Assembly (NCBI GenBank): GCA_039818205.1
Contig: JBCBUK010000004.1
Coordinates: 245,405 to 309,404 of the forward strand
DNA from: Verrucomicrobiota bacterium
GTDB taxonomy: Bacteria; Verrucomicrobiota; Verrucomicrobiia; Opitutales; Cerasicoccaceae
Length of the DNA: 64,000 nt
Direction of reading: 5' to 3'
Shown: piece by piece, positions 9,767-19,755 of the stretch
How positions within the stretch are numbered: the stretch's first letter is position 1
How the letters are laid out: each line of letters begins with the position of its first letter
Made by a program: the position numbers and the translations under genes
Notes under the pieces: model-generated
What the model was told of the DNA's origin: nothing
What the model saw: the letters and a program-made list of their open reading frames with translations, nothing else
The model's database searches: none

Positions 9767-10507
9767 ATGCGTTTGCGAAATTATCATCTAAGTTACACAC
9801 GCCGGGCGTTCTCGCTGGTTGAATTGCTCGCGGTCATCGCGATCATCGGAATCATGGGAGCGGTTATCGGCATCAGTATGAAGCCGAATGAGGGAAGCTC
9901 GATTCAGGCTGGTCAGCGGGTTACCGCAAGTATGTTTCAGGCGGCTCGCGCCATGGCGACAGCTCGCCAAACTGAAGCTCGAGTTATCATTTACGCCGAC
10001 GGAAATCCCGATGAGCGTGACTCGAAATTACTTCGCTTCATCGGAGTGGTATATTGGCAGCCAGATCCGAACGATCCAAGCTCCGGCGAATGGTTGCCTG
10101 GGAATTCAGGCTCATATCTTCCCAACAATGTATTTTATGTTCCTTCCAGTGCTGCGGAAGTAGCCGCAGCCGATGGCGTGAATTCGGGAGATATCTTGCG
10201 AAGTTCAAATGTTCCAGGTGGGACTATGACCGCAAAATTCCCATCAAGTGGTGGCGGTTCTTCAGGCGATACTTGGTATTATTATGCGTTCGATAAGACC
10301 GGAAACGCGCGAACAACGGGTGTTGATGGCGGTGGAAATCGATCTTTCGCTGGTGACATCGTGGTGATCGGCTCCGGCCGATATGATCCATCTGGTGGTG
10401 GGCAGGTGCTTATCGAGAACCCCTTTGCGACCGCTGGTCTGTCGATCCGCAGAGTCGGTGGAACGATGATCTTGAACGACTACGACTTCATTAAGGAAGC
10501 ACTCTAA
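9767..10507 (+). CDS. Minor pilin (GspH/FimU-like; Verru_Chthon D-like)
   Basis: RA|FSLVELLAV; ARAMA...ARVII pattern of H-type pilins. Confidence 0.8.
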   Translation: MRLRNYHLSYTRRAFSLVELLAVIAIIGIMGAVIGISMKPNEGSSIQAGQRVTASMFQAARAMATARQTEARVIIYADGNPDERDSKLLRFIGVVYWQPDPNDPSSGEWLPGNSGSYLPNNVFYVPSSAAEVAAADGVNSGDILRSSNVPGGTMTAKFPSSGGGSSGDTWYYYAFDKTGNARTTGVDGGGNRSFAGDIVVIGSGRYDPSGGGQVLIENPFATAGLSIRRVGGTMILNDYDFIKEAL

Positions 10508-10529
10508 TTTGGCGAAAGGCTTTGCAGTC

Positions 10530-11117
10530 ATGAAACAGCGAACACTCTCACGATCTTTCCCCAATCGCGCTGGCGGTTTTTCATTATCGGAGGTTATTTT
10601 GGCCGTCGGTATCCTTTCACTTTCGATCCTTTCGTTGTTGGGACTTTTTGGTCCCACATTGAATTCAGTTCGCGATGTGGTTGAGGTCAATGAGGCAAAT
10701 GGCATACGCACAACGATTAACTCGTACATAGCCAGCCATGAGATTTTCCAATACGCTGGTCCCAACAGTTTCGATACGCTTTATCCAGCGTTGGCTGCTG
10801 GTGAAGTATTGTATGCATGGAACACGCGTGAAAATGGTGACCCGGCGGAACCGCTTTCAATTGTGGTTTCTGACCGAGAGCCGACCTCCACGAATATTCA
10901 AGAGTTAGAGGGGAATATTTTTGTTGTTGTTTTGAGCGAAAGCGAGACTTCCGATACTCGTGCAGTTGCTGATTTGGCCGGATACCCGATCTCGGTATCC
11001 ATCTTCGCAGTTGCCCCATCGGAGTTCATTAGTGGAACGTTTAATCTAGCGGACACCCGGAATAATAGTCGTCCAGTTTTAAGCTTCCCAGATTACATAC
11101 TCCGCGTACCGCAGTAG
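10530..11117 (+). CDS. Minor pilin (GspI/PilV-like; Verru_Chthon B-like)
   Basis: GG|FSLSEVILAVGI...LLGLFGP. Start set at ATG 10530. Confidence 0.8.
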   Translation: MKQRTLSRSFPNRAGGFSLSEVILAVGILSLSILSLLGLFGPTLNSVRDVVEVNEANGIRTTINSYIASHEIFQYAGPNSFDTLYPALAAGEVLYAWNTRENGDPAEPLSIVVSDREPTSTNIQELEGNIFVVVLSESETSDTRAVADLAGYPISVSIFAVAPSEFISGTFNLADTRNNSRPVLSFPDYILRVPQ

Positions 11118-11145
11118 TATCTTTTTAATCATACCCTTACGAGCG

Positions 11146-12126
11146 ATGAAGAACTTTTCGAATAAACGAGCGTTTACCCTGATTGAAGTGCTAGCGGCAA
11201 CTGGCATTATGACGGTCGTCATTTTGGTTGTCTTAACCATGACGACGAATGTGGTATCGGTTTGGAACAAATCTGCTGGAAAATTGAGCTCTAACTTCGA
11301 GGGTAGGGTTGCACTCAAGAGTATGGAAGCTGATCTACAGTCTCTAGTGCTGCGATCCCGGCCTGCTGTAAACTGGTTGCAGATTCAATGGGAACGCCCG
11401 AACACGGGAAGCGGCCCGACTGTGCCTTACTCGTTTCCGACTATTTACATGGTTACCCGGGCGATGGATCGCCCTCAATATCGTAGTACGGGGGAGACTA
11501 TTACGGGGAGAACAAACACTGTTGTCTATAAGCTAGCTTACCAGAATCCGATTACTGGTTCTACGAACAATACTGCTTTCCCAGCCCCGATGTTTGCGCT
11601 TTATCGTTTTGTGATTGATGCAGAAAACACCTTTCGCTTCGTCACCAATTCTGTTTCAAATGGAGATTTTCAAGCTGCCGTTGCGGGCACGCACTTGAGC
11701 ACCACCGTTGGTGGTTCTCGCTTTGTCAACGAGGATGGAGTTGAGATCGATATTGGGAATTTGGATGAATCCGTTTTGACGCGGGAAAATTTCCTGAGTG
11801 CCAACGTCGTTGATTTCGAAGTGACTATCTTTTTCCGGGATAACGCAGGAAACCTTCAAGAAATAAACCCAGCGAAAACAAGCCCGAACGGAACAACTAA
11901 TTTTCTGATTGGAAGTACCTCGACGGGAGACTTCGCCTTGGTGAATAATGGTCGTCCTGAGCCGAATGCTCGAGTCGAGTTCATCGATGTAACTTTGTCA
12001 GTTTTGTCTGAAGAGGGTGTTGGTGTTGTGACAAACGATCCCAGCGTTGATTGGGACGATTTGCTTGCTCAGTATTCGACTACCTTTACTCGCCGGATTA
12101 ATGTCATGGCGAATATGCCTCAATAG
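11146..12126 (+). CDS. Minor pilin (GspJ/PilW-like; Verru_Chthon C-like)
   Basis: RA|FTLIEVLAA; EGRVAL..MEADL; FLSANVVDF; 326 aa. Confidence 0.8.
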   Translation: MKNFSNKRAFTLIEVLAATGIMTVVILVVLTMTTNVVSVWNKSAGKLSSNFEGRVALKSMEADLQSLVLRSRPAVNWLQIQWERPNTGSGPTVPYSFPTIYMVTRAMDRPQYRSTGETITGRTNTVVYKLAYQNPITGSTNNTAFPAPMFALYRFVIDAENTFRFVTNSVSNGDFQAAVAGTHLSTTVGGSRFVNEDGVEIDIGNLDESVLTRENFLSANVVDFEVTIFFRDNAGNLQEINPAKTSPNGTTNFLIGSTSTGDFALVNNGRPEPNARVEFIDVTLSVLSEEGVGVVTNDPSVDWDDLLAQYSTTFTRRINVMANMPQ

Positions 12127-12227
12127 GCTTGGGTTCCATTTATTTGCGCGAGGTTGCGAAACTTCAAGCTGATCTTCGGGGTTGCTTGTGGGAATGGGTT
12201 CGTTTTGTTAGAGCGTTCTCCTAACGA

Positions 12228-13100
12228 ATGAAACTCTCTCCCTGGATATTAGCAGCTCGTCCAAAGACGCTTCCCGCAGCGATCGCCCCGGTTTTAGTCG
12301 GCACTGCACTAGCCGGGCATGACCATGTTTTTGCCTGGCAGCCAGCATTGATATGCCTGGCCTTTGCGGTGTTGATTCAAATCGGGACCAACTTTGCCAA
12401 TGACTATTACGACTTTTTGAAGGGGGCTGATACCGAATCTCGGATTGGTCCGACACGGGCAGTCGCCAGTGGATTGATTTCAGCCGGTGCCATGCGGCGG
12501 GCGACGATCGTCGTATTGGTTTTGGCTTTTATGGTTGGGCTGGCGCTTGTCTATTGGGGTGGTTGGCAACTGATCATTGTCGGCGTGTTGAGTATTATAT
12601 GTGCGGTTGCTTATACTGGTGGGCCCTATCCTTTGGGTTACAATGGGCTAGGGGACATTTTCGTGTTCGTTTTCTTTGGTCTCATCGCGGTGGGATTCAC
12701 GTACTACGTTCAAGCAGGTAGCTTTTCCTCCGTCAGTTGGCTGTTGGGTGCTGCGGTCGGCGCGCTTTCGACAAACCTCTTGGTCGTCAACAATTACCGC
12801 GACCTTGAAACAGACCGTATTGCGGGCAAGCGGACCCTTGTTGTGCGCTTGGGCAGGAATGCGGCTTGGTGGCAGTATTCCCTAAGCATTGTGTTTGCGT
12901 TTGGAGTGGCATTGTTCTTGGCACTCGGTGATATCGGATGGGGATTGTTTTTGCCGCTAACGATGGCACCGCTCGGCCTCACCTTACCACTGCTTTTAAA
13001 GCGGTCGCGGGGCTCCGCGGATTTTCAACTCGTGCTTACCCAGACGGCGAAGCTATTGATGTTTTACAGCGGTCTAGTTTCGGTCGGTTTAGTTATTTAG
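12228..13100 (+). CDS. menA: 1,4-dihydroxy-2-naphthoate polyprenyltransferase
   Basis: ARPKTLPA, NFANDYYD..KGAD, YTGGPYPLGY.GLGD, NNYRD..TD..AGKRTL. Confidence 0.95.
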   Translation: MKLSPWILAARPKTLPAAIAPVLVGTALAGHDHVFAWQPALICLAFAVLIQIGTNFANDYYDFLKGADTESRIGPTRAVASGLISAGAMRRATIVVLVLAFMVGLALVYWGGWQLIIVGVLSIICAVAYTGGPYPLGYNGLGDIFVFVFFGLIAVGFTYYVQAGSFSSVSWLLGAAVGALSTNLLVVNNYRDLETDRIAGKRTLVVRLGRNAAWWQYSLSIVFAFGVALFLALGDIGWGLFLPLTMAPLGLTLPLLLKRSRGSADFQLVLTQTAKLLMFYSGLVSVGLVI

Positions 13101-13172
13101 CGATTGATCGGCCGAGGTTCGTGCAAAAGCAAAGCTTGTGGCCCGGGCTATCGATCTGTTTGGTAGAGATCC

Positions 13173-14174
13173 ATGGCTGATGCACAATCGCTAGAGCGAC
13201 CGGTGTTTATCCACAGTTTGTGGCGCTGCGCGAGTACCTACTTCATGGAGAAGTTTTCCCAGCAACCTGCGGTTGCTACCTTCACGGAGCCGTTCAACGA
13301 ACACCTTCGGCTTATTGACCACAAGATGATGGACGACGAGGACCGGAAGCGCCGGGAGGCGTTGAATCATCCGAACGCCGAGCAAAGCTACTACGGTCCC
13401 TATCGCGATTTGATTGTGCCTGGAGATATCGAAAGTCCGGGAATCCATCAATTCGATATTCGCTTTCCGCTCAATTACTGGTTCGAGGACAAAGATCGGG
13501 GCCACCTTCGATACCTTCGGACCCTTATTGACCATGCGGCCGATTCGTTTGAATCGCAGGCGGTCTTGGGATTCGTCCGTTCCCTTGGACGGCTGAAACT
13601 GCTTCGAGAGCTCAATGGATATCACATCGTTTTGCTGCGCGAGCCGTTTGGGGTCTATTGGTCAAACCACACGCAGCTACGTGATAAAGGGAACAGCTAC
13701 TTTGCGATTCAATACGTTATGCTCGCAGCGCTTTGTCGGCAAATACCCGCGTTGGACGCTCTGGCTTCCCGCTATCACCTGCCAAAGTTGAAGGTGAAGG
13801 GGCCATTCTATACCTTTGGTCGTGCCTGCAATCAGTTTCGGGAAGAATATGCGGACGCGATTGAGCTGCAGCGGGAGGCCTTTTGCTTAGTCTATTTGCT
13901 TTCCTATGGCGCTGCTTTGACTCAAGCCGATTTGGTAGTTTCGGTGGATCGTCTTTCGCGCGACCCGGAATATCGTCAGCACATTTCGGCGCTTATCGCT
14001 GAAAACACGGGACATCAGCTCGATTTTTCCGACTGCAAATGCCCTCGGTACGACGAACCTGCGGCTCGAGACGAGTTTTATAAAACTTATCGGGCCGAGC
14101 AGTTGACCCTCGAGGAACGTAAGTCTTCACACTGGCTAACTGGAGGGCGCTTGGTTGATTCGCTCTGGAGCTGA
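13173..14174 (+). CDS. Sulfotransferase-like protein
   Basis: FIHSLWRCASTY (5'-PSB-like), downstream EPF, and IVLLREP....S (3'-PB-like). Confidence 0.65.
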   Translation: MADAQSLERPVFIHSLWRCASTYFMEKFSQQPAVATFTEPFNEHLRLIDHKMMDDEDRKRREALNHPNAEQSYYGPYRDLIVPGDIESPGIHQFDIRFPLNYWFEDKDRGHLRYLRTLIDHAADSFESQAVLGFVRSLGRLKLLRELNGYHIVLLREPFGVYWSNHTQLRDKGNSYFAIQYVMLAALCRQIPALDALASRYHLPKLKVKGPFYTFGRACNQFREEYADAIELQREAFCLVYLLSYGAALTQADLVVSVDRLSRDPEYRQHISALIAENTGHQLDFSDCKCPRYDEPAARDEFYKTYRAEQLTLEERKSSHWLTGGRLVDSLWS

Positions 14175-14293
14175 TCAATTAGAATGGCGCCCGGGCCAGA
14201 AATATCTTGCTCCAGGCGCGGGATTTTTCTTTCTAGGAATGTTTAAGTTGGCAGCCAAACTGCGTGCCGACCCACGAGTATTGCAATTGGCCA

Positions 14294-15751
14294 ATGGTTT
14301 TCACCTCACTAACTTTTATTCTGTTTTTGGCGCTGGTATTCGCGCTCTACTGGATACTGCGAAGCCGTAGTCCGCAGAATTTCCTCATCCTGGTCGCAAG
14401 TTACGTCTTCTATGGCTGGTGGGATTGGCGCTTCCTCTCGCTGATCGTGATTTCGAGTGTCATCGATTTCACGGCCGGAATCATGATCGAGAAGAGTCAG
14501 GGGCGGGCCGGTCGGCGCGGATGGCTTGCGCTGAGTGTGTGTGCCAATCTCGGAATGCTCGGCTTCTTTAAATACTTCAACTTTTTCGCCAGTAGCCTGC
14601 AATCGGCTGCGAGCTCAGCGGGAGTTGAGTTGGGCAACATCACCCTGGACATCGTGCTTCCGGTGGGTATCTCGTTTTACACCTTTCAGACGATGAGCTA
14701 CACGATTGATATTTATCGTGGGCAGATGAAATCGGAGAAAGATCCCATCGCCTTTCTCGCCTTCGTGTCGTTTTTCCCTCAGCTGGTGGCTGGACCAATC
14801 GAGCGGGCTTCTCGCTTGTTGCCGCAGTTCATGGTCCCACGAAAGTTCGACTATGTAATCGCGGTTGCAGGTTGCCGGGAGATCCTGTGGGGCTTTTTCA
14901 AGAAAATGGTCCTGGCAGACAATTTAGGGTTGTTTGTGCAGAGCGTCTATCCGCGTGCTGAGGATTATAGTTCGCCGTATCTTTGGCTGGCGACGACCGC
15001 CTTTGCTTTCCAGATTTATTGTGACTTTTCAGCCTACTCGCACATTGCCAAGGGAACGGCCCGCCTCCTCGGTTTTGAGCTAATGCGAAATTTCGCCTAT
15101 CCTTACTTCTCGCAAGACATTGCTGAGTTCTGGCGCCGCTGGCATATTTCGCTATCCACCTGGTTTCGGGACTACGTCTTCATCCCGATGGGCGGGAACC
15201 GTGGTGCAATGCGGGTAGTGATCACCAACACCATTATTGTTTTTGCGGTTAGTGGGCTATGGCATGGAGCAGCCTGGAACTACGTTATATGGGGTCTGTT
15301 GAATGGTCTCGCTTTTCTTCCGATTTACCTAAGGCCAAAGAAAACTGGAGAGAAGAAGAAGCGAGCGGGCGACATACCGGGTGGGGAGACCTTGATTCCT
15401 AGTTTCCGGGTTGCGCGTAATATCTTCGTTACATTTTCGGCGATGCTGATTGCTTGGGTCTTTTTCGCCTCGCCGACCTTGTCGGGGGCGTTGTTGATCT
15501 TAAAACGGATGTTTATCGGCTGGTCTGCTGAGAATCCGGCCCTGTTGCCCGATTCCTGGAGTGTCATCCAGGTCATCCTTTTTACTGGGGGTCTGGTTAT
15601 TTTTGAGTGGGTTCAGCGCCGACACGAGAATCCGTTGACCCTCGATAAAATTTATCGGCCAGTTCGTTGGGCCATCTACACGATCATGCTGTGGAGCTGT
15701 TTCTATTTGTTACCCCGGCCAGATAGCCCGTTCATTTACTTCCAATTCTAA
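14294..15751 (+). CDS. MBOAT O-acyltransferase (AlgI/DltB-like)
   Basis: LPVGISFYTFQ, FFPQLVAGPIER, QIYCDFS, EFWRRWHISLS, SGLWHGA, C-terminal FIYFQF. Confidence 0.95.
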   Translation: MVFTSLTFILFLALVFALYWILRSRSPQNFLILVASYVFYGWWDWRFLSLIVISSVIDFTAGIMIEKSQGRAGRRGWLALSVCANLGMLGFFKYFNFFASSLQSAASSAGVELGNITLDIVLPVGISFYTFQTMSYTIDIYRGQMKSEKDPIAFLAFVSFFPQLVAGPIERASRLLPQFMVPRKFDYVIAVAGCREILWGFFKKMVLADNLGLFVQSVYPRAEDYSSPYLWLATTAFAFQIYCDFSAYSHIAKGTARLLGFELMRNFAYPYFSQDIAEFWRRWHISLSTWFRDYVFIPMGGNRGAMRVVITNTIIVFAVSGLWHGAAWNYVIWGLLNGLAFLPIYLRPKKTGEKKKRAGDIPGGETLIPSFRVARNIFVTFSAMLIAWVFFASPTLSGALLILKRMFIGWSAENPALLPDSWSVIQVILFTGGLVIFEWVQRRHENPLTLDKIYRPVRWAIYTIMLWSCFYLLPRPDSPFIYFQF

Positions 15752-15861
15752 ACCCTCGCGACTTGTTGATTTCCCAGGTAGGCGCTGGATGTTAAGCATC
15801 GGGCGTTGAATTGACTAACTGGGGCAGCGAAATTGACCGGCACTATCCCGTTTGCTCCTAG

Positions 15862-16803
15862 ATGAAGCGATTTCTTCTAACCCTAGCGTTGTTTCTCGCA
15901 GTGCAAGCCCCGATCCTTGGTCTGTTTTTAGGTCTGTACTACGGGGTCCATTTTGAGAATGACCCGATGGCCGCGATCGTAGATAAAGAACGCCGCCTTA
16001 AGGAAACACTAGGGCCCCGCATCATTGTGGTTGGTGATTCGGGTGTGCCGTTTGGCACCGTTTCTCCGATGATTAAGGAGGCGTTTCCACAATACAATCC
16101 GCTAAACTCCGGGCTTGCCGCAGGCTTTGGGCACCGGGTGCTGTTGGGGGAGGTCGAAGCTGCCGTTCAGCCCGGCGATATGGTGGTCGTGTGCTTTGTC
16201 TACGAGCTGTTTACCCGGAACCTTTTGAACGCGTTTTTTTATCCGCTCAGTGCGCAGGATCCCGACGTATACTTGAGCCTTGATCAACGTGACATGAGCA
16301 TTCTGGGCGACAATGCCTTTATCCTGGTGAAGTCTGCCATGCACCATTCACGGAAACTGTTGTTCGATCCGATTGATAAGGCATTTGCCCATCCCTACGC
16401 GCGAAACAGTTACAACGAGTTTGGCGACATCGATGCGCATTATGAGATGGAGCGCCCCGTGGGTCGCCCGCTGACGATTAAGGAGCTGGAATTTGACGAT
16501 TTTGAGTACGCCGCGGAGATCATTCAGGACATCAACGCGTTTTCCGCGGCATGCGAAGCGAAAGGAGCCAAAGTCGTTTTCTTGTTTCCGGCTATCAGCG
16601 AGGAGTCCTACCAGAAGCACGGTGCCAAAATGGATCGGTTGGCTGAGGTTCTGGAGAGTGCCCTTACTGTTCCGTTACTCAACCGACCAAATGAAGCGGT
16701 TTTTCCGAAAGCGATGTTGTACGACACGCCTTATCACCTGACTGGCGAAGGTGCGCGACAGCGGACGGAACGCTTGGTTGAAGCATTGCGCGAACACCTC
16801 TAA
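15862..16803 (+). CDS. Membrane-anchored SGNH-like MBOAT partner (AlgJ/DltD-like)
   Basis: N-terminal TM; VVGDS and C-terminal D..YH; directly follows the MBOAT gene. Confidence 0.72.
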   Translation: MKRFLLTLALFLAVQAPILGLFLGLYYGVHFENDPMAAIVDKERRLKETLGPRIIVVGDSGVPFGTVSPMIKEAFPQYNPLNSGLAAGFGHRVLLGEVEAAVQPGDMVVVCFVYELFTRNLLNAFFYPLSAQDPDVYLSLDQRDMSILGDNAFILVKSAMHHSRKLLFDPIDKAFAHPYARNSYNEFGDIDAHYEMERPVGRPLTIKELEFDDFEYAAEIIQDINAFSAACEAKGAKVVFLFPAISEESYQKHGAKMDRLAEVLESALTVPLLNRPNEAVFPKAMLYDTPYHLTGEGARQRTERLVEALREHL

Positions 16804-16820
16804 CTTGTCCAAATAACTCG

Positions 16821-18893
16821 ATGATCTCTTTCCGAGAAAACGCGGACGCTCCCAGCCAAGGGATTGATGCCCAAAGTTTGGTGAAGGCCTGCGATCGGGT
16901 ATTCGCCACCGATGGCTGGTTGGCGAAAGATCTTAAGCTCGAGCATCGGCCCCAGCAGGAAGAGATGGCGCAAGCCGTAATTCGGAATTTCGTCAGCGAC
17001 CGCTCCCTGCTGTTCGAGGCGGGAACGGGCGTTGGAAAGTCTCTGGCTTATCTGGTTCCAGGAATTCTCCGAGCGGTTGTTTCCCAACGTCCGTTTTTGG
17101 TTTCGACGCACACCATAGCATTGCAGCAACAGCTGCTCAACAGTGATATCCCGTTGGTTCGGTCTCTGTTTGATCAGGTCGACGAACTAGCTGATTACCG
17201 AAACTTCCGGGCTACGCTCCTGGTTGGTCGTGGTAATTATTTGTGCGGACATCGTTTATCTCGGGCAATCGCCACGAAGGCCGATCTTTTTGGCGGTCCT
17301 CAGGTGGAAGAATTAGAGCGAATCGCTGAGTGGAGCACGGTGACCAAAGACGGCCTGCGGGATGAACTCAATCCGTCACCCGATCACGAGGTTTGGGAGT
17401 GGGTGAACGCCGATTCGTCATCATGCAGCAAAAAGAACTGCACGCCCGAGAACTGTTTCTACCGTCGCGCCTTGGAGGCTCGCAAAAAGTCTCAATTGGT
17501 AGTCCTAAACCACAGCTTGCTTTTCAGTCTGATTGCGGCCGGCCTTGCGCCCGGCAATAGCGAAGGCGTTCTTTATCCGAGCGATTATGTGGTTCTCGAT
17601 GAAGGGCACACGGTGCCAAATATTGCTACCGACCACTACGGTCTTGGCATCTCCAGCTACGCCGTTGAGCGCGCTCTAAAGCTGCTCTACAATCCCGCAA
17701 GAAAGAAGGGCAAGGGACTTCTGGCCAAGGTTGGACGAACGGAAGACCATCGTGCGGTCACTGAAGCGCTCGCTGCGTCTGAGGGCTTCTTTAATGAGAT
17801 CCGCTCCCGTTACCTGAAGCGGCAGGAAACGGTTCGGCTGCATGAAGAGGATTGGGCTGAGCCCGTATTGCACCGACCCCTCGGGCGCGTGGTAGACCGT
17901 CTTGGTGTGTTGCGGGCAAATACGGATGATGATCATCTCAAGGATGAACTGGGTGATCACCGGCGCCGCCTACAAGACATGCTCACCGGGATTCAGCATG
18001 CGCTGGAGTTGAAGCACGGCGAGCAACAGGTTTATTGGTTGGAGCAAGCCGGGCGGAAACGCAATATCGTCCAGATTCGTTCCGCGCCGCTCAATGTTGC
18101 TGAGGCACTACGCGAGACGCTTTTTAACCGAGGCACGTCCGTGGTCGTGACCAGCGCGACGCTGGCCTCGGGCAATAATATGGATAGTTTTGCTCAGCGA
18201 GTCGGCGCCGAAGGTGAGGATTTCTCGATTGAAGCCTCACCGTTTGATTTCGAAAAGAATCTCGAGATTTTTATCGCCGAGGACGCTCCTCAGCCTCGAA
18301 GTGGTGAAGGGCAGGCGGATCGCCAATATCTGGCTAAGGCCATTCAAACCTGCATAGATGGATCAAGCGGCGGTACTTTGGTCCTGTTTACCAGCTACGC
18401 AGATTTACGGTCGACGGGGGATAGTTTGGCCCCGATTTTTCGCTCCCAGGGGCGTTTATTTCTCCGGCAGGGCGACGGAATTTCTCGGGCAGAGCTCAAG
18501 ACGCAATTTATGCGCAATGGCAACGCTGTCCTGTTTGGAACGGAGAGTTTTTGGACGGGTTTTGATGCTCCTGGCGAGGCGCTCAGCCAAGTGATCATTA
18601 CGCGGTTGCCCTTTGACGTGCCCACCCATCCAATCTTGGAAGCCCGCTCGGAATGGATCCGGTCTCAAGGTGGCAGCCCGTTCGCCGAGATGACCTTGCC
18701 AGATGCGATTGTAAGGTTCCGCCAAGGAGTTGGGCGACTCCTCCGTAAGAAAACTGATCAGGGACGTTTGATCCTGCTCGATAGCCGTATTCTGACTAAG
18801 GAATATGGCCGATATTTCATTGGGGCCCTTCCGAGGACTGAATTCAAGCGTTTCAACCAAGAAAACCAGGGTGTATTGCTAGGAAAACGTTAA
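16821..18893 (+). CDS. DinG/YoaA-family ATP-dependent helicase with Fe-S cluster
   Basis: EAGTGVGKS, four Cys (YLC...C....C....C), DEGH, TSATL, LFTSY, QGVGRLLR. Confidence 0.93.
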   Translation: MISFRENADAPSQGIDAQSLVKACDRVFATDGWLAKDLKLEHRPQQEEMAQAVIRNFVSDRSLLFEAGTGVGKSLAYLVPGILRAVVSQRPFLVSTHTIALQQQLLNSDIPLVRSLFDQVDELADYRNFRATLLVGRGNYLCGHRLSRAIATKADLFGGPQVEELERIAEWSTVTKDGLRDELNPSPDHEVWEWVNADSSSCSKKNCTPENCFYRRALEARKKSQLVVLNHSLLFSLIAAGLAPGNSEGVLYPSDYVVLDEGHTVPNIATDHYGLGISSYAVERALKLLYNPARKKGKGLLAKVGRTEDHRAVTEALAASEGFFNEIRSRYLKRQETVRLHEEDWAEPVLHRPLGRVVDRLGVLRANTDDDHLKDELGDHRRRLQDMLTGIQHALELKHGEQQVYWLEQAGRKRNIVQIRSAPLNVAEALRETLFNRGTSVVVTSATLASGNNMDSFAQRVGAEGEDFSIEASPFDFEKNLEIFIAEDAPQPRSGEGQADRQYLAKAIQTCIDGSSGGTLVLFTSYADLRSTGDSLAPIFRSQGRLFLRQGDGISRAELKTQFMRNGNAVLFGTESFWTGFDAPGEALSQVIITRLPFDVPTHPILEARSEWIRSQGGSPFAEMTLPDAIVRFRQGVGRLLRKKTDQGRLILLDSRILTKEYGRYFIGALPRTEFKRFNQENQGVLLGKR

Positions 18894-18940
18894 TTTTAGG
18901 GGAAGTAAACCGAGTATATTTGTGAATTAATTTCGTCGTC

Positions 18941-18969
18941 TTTACTTTCTGCCCAAAATATTCTATAAG
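18941..18969 (+). promoter_or_regulatory. Putative sigma70 promoter of the PP2C gene
   Basis: TTTACT-N17-TATAAG in an AT-rich gap. Confidence 0.5.
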
Positions 18970-19013
18970 TCTGAATTTAAACACGATATGGGCCTCGCTT
19001 AGGGGCTTTTACT

Positions 19014-19748
19014 ATGTCTACATCAGTATCCAGCTTTTCCGTTCACGCCTTTGGTCAAACCGACCAAGGCCTCATGCGGAGCGAGAACGAAGACAGTTAT
19101 TACGTTTCCGATGATCACCAGCTATTTGCCGTTGCCGACGGACTGGGTGGTTTACCCGAGGGATCCGTGGCATCAAGGCTTGCGGTTGAGGTCATCGGAA
19201 AGCATCTGCGCGAACTTGAGATTGGCGCATCAGTTGATTTTGTCCGGATGTTCGAAAAGGTGAACTTGGAGGTCTTTGAAAAAGGACGATCTATCAGTGC
19301 CGACATGGGAATTGGCACCACCTTGACGGTGACTCAATTCCAGGGCGGACGCCTGCGAGTTGGCCATGTGGGTGATACCGGGCTGGTCGTTTTCTCGCCG
19401 GATTCGTGGCGTCAGGTGACCCGCGACCATACCATGGCCCAAGATATGTTGGACCGTCTGCGTCCCGGTGAGCATGCTTACATCCCCGAGTATTTTTCGC
19501 ATACCCTGACTCGTTGCATTGGTCAGTTGTCAACTATCCAAGTGGATACTTATGATGACACGGTGGAACCTGGTGAGCGAGCGATTCTATTCTCCGACGG
19601 CGTAACCAAAACGATGGAAATGGACGAGGTTCATGAAAAGATCCTGACCGCTACTTCACCGAAGGAGTTTGTTCAGGAAATCATCGAAACCGCAAACATG
19701 CGTGGTGGCCCAGACAACGTCACGGTGATCGCGATGTTCTTCGAGTAG
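19014..19748 (+). CDS. PP2C-family Ser/Thr phosphatase
   Basis: RSENED, VADGLGG, GTT, HVGD, SDGV, GGPDNVT. Confidence 0.93.
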   Translation: MSTSVSSFSVHAFGQTDQGLMRSENEDSYYVSDDHQLFAVADGLGGLPEGSVASRLAVEVIGKHLRELEIGASVDFVRMFEKVNLEVFEKGRSISADMGIGTTLTVTQFQGGRLRVGHVGDTGLVVFSPDSWRQVTRDHTMAQDMLDRLRPGEHAYIPEYFSHTLTRCIGQLSTIQVDTYDDTVEPGERAILFSDGVTKTMEMDEVHEKILTATSPKEFVQEIIETANMRGGPDNVTVIAMFFE

Positions 19749-19755
19749 GTCGCTC

